Below are positions 1 to 7,762 of a stretch of 26,127 nt of DNA, piece after piece. Positions within the stretch are counted from its first letter, which is position 1. Each line of letters begins with the position of its first letter. The position numbers were made by a program, and so were the translations under genes. The DNA lies in assembly GCA_044359815.1 (NCBI GenBank), contig JBIKLL010000033.1, forward strand, positions 1 to 26,127, in the 5' to 3' direction. The DNA is from Pseudobdellovibrionaceae bacterium. GTDB taxonomy: Bacteria; Bdellovibrionota; Bdellovibrionia; Bdellovibrionales; Bdellovibrionaceae. Below the pieces are notes generated by a model, which was not told the origin of the DNA, did not search any database, and was given only the letters and a program-made list of their open reading frames with translations.

Positions 1-85
1 TAGAGTGGTCGTGGGTGATAAAGTCACAGTGGGAGTTTCACCTTATGATCCTACCCATGGTTTAATAATGTTTAGACACAAATAA
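1..85 (+). CDS. infA: Translation initiation factor IF-1, 3' part (truncated by window start)
   Basis: Frame from nt 2 reads RVVVGDKVTVGVSPYDPTHGLIMFRHK-stop (TAA 83-85), matching the IF-1 C-terminal pattern GDxVxVxxSPYD. Not in the ORF track. Confidence 0.85.
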   Translation, partial: RVVVGDKVTVGVSPYDPTHGLIMFRHK

Positions 86-90
86 AATGA

Positions 91-2481
91 ATGAATACCG
101 ATCAATCAATTAAACAGAATTATTTTAGTAAAATTTTAAAACAAGTCCCTTGGAGATCAGCGGCTGCCGTTTTAGAATTGGCAGCAGAAGGGGCCACAGT
201 TCCCTTTATTGCCAGATACCGAAAGGAAAAAACCAATAATCTGGATGAAACCCAGATTAGAGATGTTCTGGAGACCCACCAAAATTTTGAGGAAATAGTT
301 AAAAGAAAAGATTTTTTGGTCAAAGAAATCGGGGAACAAGGCAATCTGACAAAAGAATTAAAGCTCAGAATCGAAAGCAGTTGGGACCTGGGCGAGCTTG
401 AAGAAATCTATAGACCATTCAAGAAAAAACGAAAAACCAAGGCTACAATCGCTCGGGAAGCTGGATTGGAGCCGCTGTCGCAGTGGATTTGGGATTTGGG
501 GCATGGACTTAAGAAGGACGAAATCACTCTTGAGGTCAAAGCCAAGCAGTTTTTGAATGTTCCATCTGGGATTGTCAGCTACGAGCTGGCGATTAAGGGT
601 GCTCAAGATATTTTAACTGAAAAAATTGTCAATGAAGCCAGCCTGAGATCATTGGTTAAAGCCAATTATATGGACAAAGGGTACGTGGTTTCTAAAAGAA
701 CTAAGAACTTTAAACCTCATTCTAAATTTGAAATGTATGCGGATTTTAAAGAGCAGGTTAAATCGTTGCTGGAACCAAAAAATTCTCATCGTTATTTAGC
801 TATGCGACGGGGATGGACCGAAGAAGAGCTGTCCGTCACAATCGAAGGGCAAGATGATTACCTGTTGAAGTGTTATGAGGAGTTTTCAACTGTCCTTAAA
901 GACGGTCAGATTGCAAACACCCTTAAGGAATGCGCATCACAAGCTTTAAAATTATATGTGATTCAGTCTGTCACCAATGAAGTTCATAGAGCCCTCAAAG
1001 AAGTGGCCGATCATTCTGCAATCAGAGTTTTTTCTGAGAATGTCAGAAGGGTGCTGATGAGTTCTCCCTTTGGTTCCAGGGTTGTTTTGGGAATTGATCC
1101 CGGCTTACGCACTGGTTGCAAAGTGGCTTTAGTTGATAAGGGCGGAAATTTTATTTCCCACACTGTTATGCACACACTTGGTGATAAGGCCAAAGAAAAT
1201 GCCACCAAATTGTTTTCTGAAGTGCTTAAGCAAATTCAAATAGACGCCATTGCTGTTGGTAATGGAACTGCAGGCCGAGAAACCGAAGCATTTATCAGAG
1301 CCATACTGAAAGATCTTGGCAAAGAAGTTCCTGTGTTGATGGTCAATGAATCAGGAGCCTCTGTATATTCGGCATCTGAAATTGCTAAAAAAGAATTTCC
1401 GGATTTAGATCTGACTGTAAAGGGCGCGATTTCTATTGCTCGCAGATTGCAAGATCCATTGGCTGAATTAGTTAAAATTGATCCTAAAAGCATTGGGGTT
1501 GGACAATACCAACATGATGTTTCTGAAACTCATTTGAAAAAGGGTTTGGAAGCCGTGGTAGAAAGTTGCGTTAACACAGTGGGAGTTGATTTGAATACAG
1601 CTTCCGAGTCTTTGTTGTCCTATGTTTCGGGAATTGGTCCTGCTTTGGCTAATAACATTGTCTCGGCTCGCAAAAAGCAATTGTTCAAAGATCGAACTGA
1701 GCTCCTAAAGGTAGATAGATTTTCGATTAAGGTTTTTGAACAGTGTGCAGGATTTTTGAGAATCAATGATGGTAAGGTATTTTTGGATAAAACAGGTATT
1801 CACCCTGAGCGCTACACAGCGATCAGGGACATGGCTCAAGAGTTGTCTGTCCCTATCAGTGATTTGGCCGGTGATAACGCAAAAAAATTATTGGCTCTAA
1901 GAACCAAATGGGCCCAATTGATTGGTGAATTTACTTTTGATGACATTATTAAAGAACTTGAAAAACCCGGTCGTGATCCACGGGATCCTTATAAGATTTT
2001 TCAATTTAAGGAAGACATTCATGAAATTGCTGATCTGAAAGAGGGAATGATTTGCCCAGGATTGGTAACGAACGTCACAAATTTTGGTGCTTTTGTAGAT
2101 ATAGGTGTTCATCAAGATGGTTTAGTACACATTTCGGAATTATCCCATCAGTTCGTGGAAGACCCCAGAAAAGTTGTGAATCCAGGTGATGCTGTAACTG
2201 TAAGAGTGCTCAGTGTTGATTTGGGTAAAAAGCAAATTGCTCTGTCAATGAAACTCGAAGCAAAACCTAAGCCCGAAGTCAGAGCTGAGCGACCTCCGCG
2301 GGACAATCCCAAAAACAATGCCCGAGGAAAGAGTTTTGACAAAAAAGACTCTAAACAGCCGCCCCAAAAGAATTTTGCAAATAAACAAAATCAGCAAAAC
2401 AACAATCAAAAATCCAATCGTGGTGGCTCGCCCTTTAATAATCCGTTCGCTGCCCTTACAAACCTGAACAACAAAAAGTAG
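91..2481 (+). CDS. tex: Tex-family RNA-binding transcription accessory protein (YqgF-like, HhH and S1 domains)
   Basis: GATVPFIARYRKEKT N-terminus, LGIDPGLRTGCK, AISIARRLQDPLAELVKIDPKSIGVGQYQHDV, S1 domain VTNVTNFGAFVDIGVHQDGLVHISEL; low-complexity K/N/Q tail. Confidence 0.96.
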   Translation: MNTDQSIKQNYFSKILKQVPWRSAAAVLELAAEGATVPFIARYRKEKTNNLDETQIRDVLETHQNFEEIVKRKDFLVKEIGEQGNLTKELKLRIESSWDLGELEEIYRPFKKKRKTKATIAREAGLEPLSQWIWDLGHGLKKDEITLEVKAKQFLNVPSGIVSYELAIKGAQDILTEKIVNEASLRSLVKANYMDKGYVVSKRTKNFKPHSKFEMYADFKEQVKSLLEPKNSHRYLAMRRGWTEEELSVTIEGQDDYLLKCYEEFSTVLKDGQIANTLKECASQALKLYVIQSVTNEVHRALKEVADHSAIRVFSENVRRVLMSSPFGSRVVLGIDPGLRTGCKVALVDKGGNFISHTVMHTLGDKAKENATKLFSEVLKQIQIDAIAVGNGTAGRETEAFIRAILKDLGKEVPVLMVNESGASVYSASEIAKKEFPDLDLTVKGAISIARRLQDPLAELVKIDPKSIGVGQYQHDVSETHLKKGLEAVVESCVNTVGVDLNTASESLLSYVSGIGPALANNIVSARKKQLFKDRTELLKVDRFSIKVFEQCAGFLRINDGKVFLDKTGIHPERYTAIRDMAQELSVPISDLAGDNAKKLLALRTKWAQLIGEFTFDDIIKELEKPGRDPRDPYKIFQFKEDIHEIADLKEGMICPGLVTNVTNFGAFVDIGVHQDGLVHISELSHQFVEDPRKVVNPGDAVTVRVLSVDLGKKQIALSMKLEAKPKPEVRAERPPRDNPKNNARGKSFDKKDSKQPPQKNFANKQNQQNNNQKSNRGGSPFNNPFAALTNLNNKK

Positions 2482-2586
2482 ACTTAAAAAACCCCAGGTT
2501 TTTGTTTAAAATTCAGACACTATACAGTTTGGGGCCAATTTTGGACCTCAAAGGTAGATAAAATCAAACAAGGTTTAGGATGCTGG

Positions 2587-2602
2587 CGGCCTGGTGATTG
2601 CA
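2587..2602 (+). promoter_or_regulatory. Putative sigma54 (-24/-12) promoter
   Basis: cGGCctggtgaTTGCA: GG(2588-89)-N10-GC(2600-01), about 40 nt before ATG 2642 with SD AAGGAG between. Confidence 0.6.
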
Positions 2603-2641
2603 TTGAATGTAAACGTACCTGCAATTCAAAGGAGAGATTTT

Positions 2642-2947
2642 ATGAGAGCTTTGAATTTAATTATTTTGTCTTATTTTTTAACAGTTTTGATTTATCCCAC
2701 TTTTTCCCATTCTAAAATGACCGAAGTCAATTCTGCTCAGATGAACTGTAAAAAACTTGTGAAGCTTTTAAAATCAGAGAAAGTTATCAGAGTTAATGAC
2801 AGACTTTATTCAATTGATGCCACCCAATGTGCCAAGTTTTTAAAAACCGATGAAGCCAAAATTGATCTGGAGAGCGGATTTGAGCTAGTTAAAAACAATA
2901 ATATGTGCACATTGAATTACAGCTGTGATCCCAAAAAAGAGCAGTAA
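2642..2947 (+). CDS. Small secreted hypothetical protein (101 aa, 4 Cys)
   Basis: Start moved to ATG 2642, which follows AAGGAG; MRALNLIILSYFLTVLIYPTFSHS looks like a signal peptide. Confidence 0.75.
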   Translation: MRALNLIILSYFLTVLIYPTFSHSKMTEVNSAQMNCKKLVKLLKSEKVIRVNDRLYSIDATQCAKFLKTDEAKIDLESGFELVKNNNMCTLNYSCDPKKEQ

Positions 2948-2965
2948 TACAGTAAGCCCAGATAA

Positions 2966-3745
2966 TTATTGCCGGGCTTTAATGACTCTATCAGCAATCT
3001 GAGCAAAACCTAATCCGCCTTCATAGTCAGCAACATAAGTGGGTTTTGATTTTAAGATATTTAAAAATTCTTTAATATTGGCCACTCCAAAGCTGTGCTC
3101 AAAAAAATCAAACATAGGTTCGTCATTGGGGGAATCCCCTGCAAATCCGACTGTTTTTTTGCACTGATCAGGTGTCAAGTTGAATTCATTTTTCAAAAAA
3201 TTAAGGGTTTGAGTCAGCTTATTAAAACTGCCAAACCAACCGTTCACATGAATGCTTGAGATTTTTGCTTGAGCGCCGTTCGTTTCAAAAATCTTTACGA
3301 TTTTCTGAATTTCTGGATCTGGCAGTTTGGGAACGTCTTCACAAAAATCTATTGCTAAATCAAACAGACGGCAAAACTGATCTGATGCCAGGGCTGAACC
3401 TTTAATCTGAGTTAGAATTTGTGATTCGATATTTTTAAGCTTTTGCTTGTAAGAAAGTCTTTCAGATTCAGATTGAGCAAACACTCTGTGCATTTTGCCA
3501 GCTTGGTATCTAAAGTAAAAAGCTCCGTTTTCACCGACCACACCGGCCACCGGCCATTGGCGGGCAATCATTTCGCACCAACCAGCCGGACGTCCAGTTA
3601 TGGGAATCACCTGTATTCCGTTTTTTTGAAGTTCCCACAAAGCTGAATAGGCTTCAGGTACAAGCAGCCCTTTCAAAGTCAGTGTGTCATCGATATCAGT
3701 CGTTAAAAATTGAAGTTTGCCGTGAAATTCAGAAATGTGTTTCAT
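2966..3745 (-). CDS. HAD-superfamily hydrolase, subfamily IIB
   Basis: Motif I TDIDDTL, motif II ITGR, ENGA, motif IV GDSPNDEPMF. Confidence 0.9.
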   Translation of the reverse strand: MKHISEFHGKLQFLTTDIDDTLTLKGLLVPEAYSALWELQKNGIQVIPITGRPAGWCEMIARQWPVAGVVGENGAFYFRYQAGKMHRVFAQSESERLSYKQKLKNIESQILTQIKGSALASDQFCRLFDLAIDFCEDVPKLPDPEIQKIVKIFETNGAQAKISSIHVNGWFGSFNKLTQTLNFLKNEFNLTPDQCKKTVGFAGDSPNDEPMFDFFEHSFGVANIKEFLNILKSKPTYVADYEGGLGFAQIADRVIKARQ

Positions 3746-3751
3746 ATGAAT

Positions 3752-3760
3752 AATGTATCA
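3752..3760 (-). promoter_or_regulatory. Extended -10 element (TGnTACATT), probably leaderless start
   Basis: Minus strand reads TGaTACATT-attcat-ATG; 6 nt to the start codon and no SD. Confidence 0.5.
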
Positions 3761-3907
3761 GATTTTTGATTTATAAATCTTGCAAACACCAAGTGCTGAA
3801 GCTCTGGGTCGTAAATTTATCTTGCCTGCATTGAATACAAACTTCATTTTAACTAATACAGCATATGATTATGCGCCTACACATAGGTCTAGTTAACTAA
3901 GGAATCA

Positions 3908-6526
3908 ATGGCAAAGGCTTCAAAAGTAAAAGCATCAGCTGCAAAAGCAGAATCAGAATCAGGCAGCAAAAAATTGGTGATCGTTGAGTCACCAACAAAA
4001 GCTAAAACAATCAGAAAGTTTTTAGGCCGTGATTACATCGTTGAAAGTTGCATGGGCCATGTAAGGGATTTGCCACAATCATCAAAGGACATCCCAGAAA
4101 AATACAAAAAATTTAAATGGGCGCAATTGGGCGTAAATGTTGACAGTCATTTTGAACCTATTTACTGCATCCCCAAAAATAAAGAAAAAGTTGTCCAGTC
4201 CCTGAAAGCAAAGCTAGAAGGCGCCAGTGAATTGTTTCTGGCGACGGACGAAGACCGCGAAGGGGAAAGTATCAGCTGGCATTTGTTGGAAATATTAAAG
4301 CCAAAAGTTCCAACCAAACGAATGGTTTTTAACGAGATCACTAAGGACGCCATTCAAAAATCACTGTCTGATACCAGGAAAATTGATGACAACTTGGTTA
4401 AGGCCCAAGAAGCCCGTCGTATTTTGGATCGCTTGGTTGGCTACACTATTTCACCATTGCTCTGGAAAAAAATTGCCTATGGGTTGTCAGCGGGACGAGT
4501 TCAATCAGTTGCAGTGAAGCTGATCAGTGAAAAAGAACATGAGAGAATAAAATTTGTCCGTTCAAAATATTGGGGAATGACGGCGCAGCTTAAAAAAGGC
4601 TCTGATCAGTTTGTAGCAAAAATCTTTGAATACAAAAACAAACGAGCCGCTATTGGTAAGGATTTCGATGCTGATACCGGTAAGCTCATTGATCCAAAAA
4701 ATATCGTATTGTTGGATGAAAAAACAGTTCAAAGTCTGAGCCGTGATTTAGTTAAAAAAGATTGGGTGGTTAGAGATGTTGAGGAAAAACCAATTTCCAG
4801 AAAACCTTCACCTCCATTTATAACATCGACACTGCAGCAAGAATCTAACAGAAAACTCGGATTGAGTTCTCGTGAAACTATGCGTGTGGCCCAAAAGCTG
4901 TACGAAGAGGGATTTATCACTTACATGAGAACGGATTCGACCTTTTTATCCAAGGAAGCATTAAAGGCTTCTAGGGATTGCATTTTAGAAAAGTACGGCA
5001 AAGAATTTTTGCCAGCCAGTCCTCGAGAATTTGATGCAAAAAAAGTCAAAGGTGCTCAGGAGGCCCATGAGGCGATCAGACCTTCTGGCTCTGCATTTAT
5101 TGATCCTGATGAAACTAAATTAACTGGCATGCATTTGCGGCTCTATGAATTAATTTGGAAGCGAACTATTGCCAGCCAGATGGTGGATTCGAAACAAAAA
5201 CAAGTTTCAGCAAAAATTATTGTAGATGATGTTGTTTTTTCTGCCAACGGAATGACCATCGAGTTTCCTGGATTTCTGCGCGCCTACGTTGAGGGCAGTG
5301 ATGACCCAGAATTAGAATTGGCAGAAAAAGAAATCAGATTACCAAAGTTAAGTCCCAAAGATAAAATCACGTGTAAAGACATTGAAGCCACTGAGCATGA
5401 AACAAAGCCACCGGCACGATTTACAGAAGCCTCTCTGGTTCAGAAAATGGAAAAAGAAGGTATTGGCAGACCTTCAACTTATGCTTCGATCATTGGAACA
5501 ATTATCGATAGAGGATATGTTAAAAAAGACGGAAATGCTTTGGTGCCGACATTCACGGCGCTGGTTGTTTCAAAATTGTTGACTCAGCATCTCGAGACCT
5601 TTGTTGATTTAAAATTCACTTCTGAAATGGAAAAAGCATTAGATACTATTGCAGAAGGGGATTTGGATTCAGAAAAATATTTGAACACCTTGTACAAAGG
5701 TTCAAACGGTCTGAAAGCAATCATTGAAAAGCAAGAAAAGAAAATTGATCCTACTGAAGCTCGTGAAATCAAATTGTTTGGACTGGATAAATTTGCGTTT
5801 AGAGTGGGTAAATACGGAGCCTATGTTTGCACCAAAATTAAAAATGAAGAAATTTGCACCAGCATTCCGGAATCGGAAAGCCCTGCCGACATCACTCCTG
5901 AAAATATTCTTAAATGGATTGATCAAAAACTTAAAGGTAACGACGCTATGGGGAAGGATCCCAAAACAGGCTTACCTATTTATGTTTTAAATGGCAGATT
6001 TGGTCCTTACGTGCAGCTTGGCGACATCAGCAAAGAAAATGATAAACCCAAGCGGGTGTCCATACCCCCAGCTATAAAGTGGGAAGAAATTAAGCTGGAT
6101 CAAGCTTTAGAGCTTTTGAGTTTGCCAAAACTTTTGGGCAATCATCCTAAAACTAAAAAAGAAATCAAAGTTGGATTGGGGCGATTCGGTCCATTTATCG
6201 TTTGTGACGGGGATTACAGATCCATTCCTAAGACTGAAAATTTATTTCAGATCACTTTGAAAACGGCAGTCGAGATTTTATCGCAACCCAAAAAAGGCCG
6301 AGGAAAGGCCTCTGCATTGAAAGAGTTGGGACAACATCCTGATACCAGCGAAAAAATTGAAATCTACAATGGCAAATATGGCCCTTATATCAAATCAGGT
6401 AAGATCAATGCTTCTCTGCCTGAGGGTGCGAATCTGGATAAATTCACATTGAAAGAAGCCATCGAGCTTTTGGCAGCAAAAGCTCAGACTGCAGGCAAAA
6501 CAAAATCAAAACGGAAAAACGCTTAA
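3908..6526 (+). CDS. topA: DNA topoisomerase I (type IA) with C-terminal repeats instead of Zn ribbons
   Basis: LVIVESPTKAKTI, LATDEDREGE, SAGRVQS, catalytic GFITYMRTD, AQEAHEAIRP, GIGRPSTYA; four G(K/R)(Y/F)G(P/A)(Y/F) repeats; SD TAAGGA. Confidence 0.98.
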   Translation: MAKASKVKASAAKAESESGSKKLVIVESPTKAKTIRKFLGRDYIVESCMGHVRDLPQSSKDIPEKYKKFKWAQLGVNVDSHFEPIYCIPKNKEKVVQSLKAKLEGASELFLATDEDREGESISWHLLEILKPKVPTKRMVFNEITKDAIQKSLSDTRKIDDNLVKAQEARRILDRLVGYTISPLLWKKIAYGLSAGRVQSVAVKLISEKEHERIKFVRSKYWGMTAQLKKGSDQFVAKIFEYKNKRAAIGKDFDADTGKLIDPKNIVLLDEKTVQSLSRDLVKKDWVVRDVEEKPISRKPSPPFITSTLQQESNRKLGLSSRETMRVAQKLYEEGFITYMRTDSTFLSKEALKASRDCILEKYGKEFLPASPREFDAKKVKGAQEAHEAIRPSGSAFIDPDETKLTGMHLRLYELIWKRTIASQMVDSKQKQVSAKIIVDDVVFSANGMTIEFPGFLRAYVEGSDDPELELAEKEIRLPKLSPKDKITCKDIEATEHETKPPARFTEASLVQKMEKEGIGRPSTYASIIGTIIDRGYVKKDGNALVPTFTALVVSKLLTQHLETFVDLKFTSEMEKALDTIAEGDLDSEKYLNTLYKGSNGLKAIIEKQEKKIDPTEAREIKLFGLDKFAFRVGKYGAYVCTKIKNEEICTSIPESESPADITPENILKWIDQKLKGNDAMGKDPKTGLPIYVLNGRFGPYVQLGDISKENDKPKRVSIPPAIKWEEIKLDQALELLSLPKLLGNHPKTKKEIKVGLGRFGPFIVCDGDYRSIPKTENLFQITLKTAVEILSQPKKGRGKASALKELGQHPDTSEKIEIYNGKYGPYIKSGKINASLPEGANLDKFTLKEAIELLAAKAQTAGKTKSKRKNA

Positions 6527-6532
6527 TAATTT

Positions 6533-6685
6533 TTAACGTATGATTGATTTTTTGATGTGAACAAAGGCATTAAAAAACGAGTTCGGATTTGTGCGTGTGC
6601 TCGCATTTAGCGAGCACCGCTGCAAAACGTATGTTTGAGCTTTTTTAATGCCTTTGTTCACATCAAAAAACCAATCATACGTTAA
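6533..6685. repeat. 153-bp inverted-repeat element (MITE-like or long-hairpin RNA)
   Basis: 6533-6577 equals the reverse complement of 6641-6685 at 44/45 nt; the 63-nt core contains the perfect hairpin GTGCTCGC-attta-GCGAGCAC (6597-6617); both ends read TTAA. Confidence 0.9.
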
Positions 6686-6750
6686 CAAAAAGATGGTTAC
6701 GATTCGGCGTCTCAACTTTAAGTAATTAGAATTACAGGACATATTGATTA

Positions 6751-6779
6751 TTGCAGAGCATTGGTTTCGCAGCTATTAT
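6751..6779 (+). promoter_or_regulatory. Putative sigma70 promoter, leaderless or near-leaderless
   Basis: TTGCAG-N17-TATTAT, then 8 nt to ATG 6788; no SD. Confidence 0.55.
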
Positions 6780-6787
6780 GCTGATCA

Positions 6788-7654
6788 ATGCAAAGGCAAT
6801 TGGAACTTCCTATTTCAAGAAAAAAAGAAGACGACAGAAACCTGAGTCAAGGTGGACGCAGTTTTTATTTCTTTGATTTCGATGACAACATTGCCTTTTT
6901 AACGACTCCATTAATTTTATTTCACAAAAATACGGGCCGGGAATTATCGATTTCCAGTGCTGAATATGCTCAGGAGCATGCCCATATTGGAAAGTCCGGA
7001 GTCTTTAAAGATTACTTGATTGACTACGACGACAGCAAAGGAACTTTTAGATGCTTTCGGGATCATCACGAAGATCAATTGATCGAGCTAGGTTACAAAG
7101 AGCAGGTTTTTATTCAGGACATTGCCCACGCCCTGGGATTTCCTGATTTGCAATGGAAGGGGCCCTCTTGGTCTTGTTTTTATCACGCAACTTTTAATCA
7201 GCGCCCGATTAGCGTCATCACTGCCAGGGGGCATCGTCCTGAAACCATTTGCAAGGGTATTGATCAGTTCGTTAAGTTTAATTATCTGACCCAATCACCT
7301 TTGTATTTGTCAGTATTTCCGGTCAGTCATGTGTCTACGCGGCTAGAGCTGGGTGACAAAGATTTAAAGCTTTCAGTTGCTGAGTTAAAGCAAAAGGCGA
7401 TCAGAGCCAGTGTGTTGAAAGCCTTTTCAGAGTACGGTTACAACCCACATCACCGTTTTGGAATGAGTGATGACGATCCTAAGAACATTCAATTGATCAG
7501 ACAAGAAATGACCAGGCTTAAGTCTGAATTTCCAGAGGTCAGTTTTTTTGTGATCGAAACCCAAAAAGGTGAGTTTGTTAAGCACGAAGTGTTGCCAAAC
7601 GGCACCGAGAGCCAAAAATCAGATCTGACTTCTGATCAAATAAAATTATTTTAG
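6788..7654 (+). CDS. Uncharacterised HAD-fold phosphatase-like protein
   Basis: FYFFDFDDNI (DxD motif I), VITARG (motif II), GMSDDD (motif IV). Confidence 0.75.
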   Translation: MQRQLELPISRKKEDDRNLSQGGRSFYFFDFDDNIAFLTTPLILFHKNTGRELSISSAEYAQEHAHIGKSGVFKDYLIDYDDSKGTFRCFRDHHEDQLIELGYKEQVFIQDIAHALGFPDLQWKGPSWSCFYHATFNQRPISVITARGHRPETICKGIDQFVKFNYLTQSPLYLSVFPVSHVSTRLELGDKDLKLSVAELKQKAIRASVLKAFSEYGYNPHHRFGMSDDDPKNIQLIRQEMTRLKSEFPEVSFFVIETQKGEFVKHEVLPNGTESQKSDLTSDQIKLF

Positions 7655-7659
7655 AGATA

Positions 7660-7715
7660 TTGACCTTCGTCAAGGTCTGTCGACGATCGACAATGCACCA
7701 ATAGTACCCTAAAAT
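7660..7715 (+). promoter_or_regulatory. Putative sigma70 promoter with overlapping palindromic sites
   Basis: TCGACA(7687-92)-N17-TAAAAT(7710-15); palindromes TTGAC-N4-GTCAA (7660-73) and TGTCGA-N3-TCGACA (7678-92). Confidence 0.55.
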
Positions 7716-7762
7716 CTGTGAAAGGGATCACTTAAATAACCACAAAAGTGAAGGGTAATTTC

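Noticed and set aside
3852..3879. dif-like site (minus strand TAGGCGCATAA resembles a XerC arm)
   Set aside because: The XerD arm (GCTGTATTAGT) matches TTATGTTAAAT at only 3 of 11 positions.
6531..6687. Integron attC site (AAC...GTT ends)
   Set aside because: Ends do not fit RYYYAAC/GTTRRRY, arms lack the typical extrahelical bases, the upstream gene is topA, and there is no integrase or second site.
6533..6742. 69-aa minus-strand ORF across the inverted repeat
   Set aside because: Arises from the palindrome; no SD or protein-like features.
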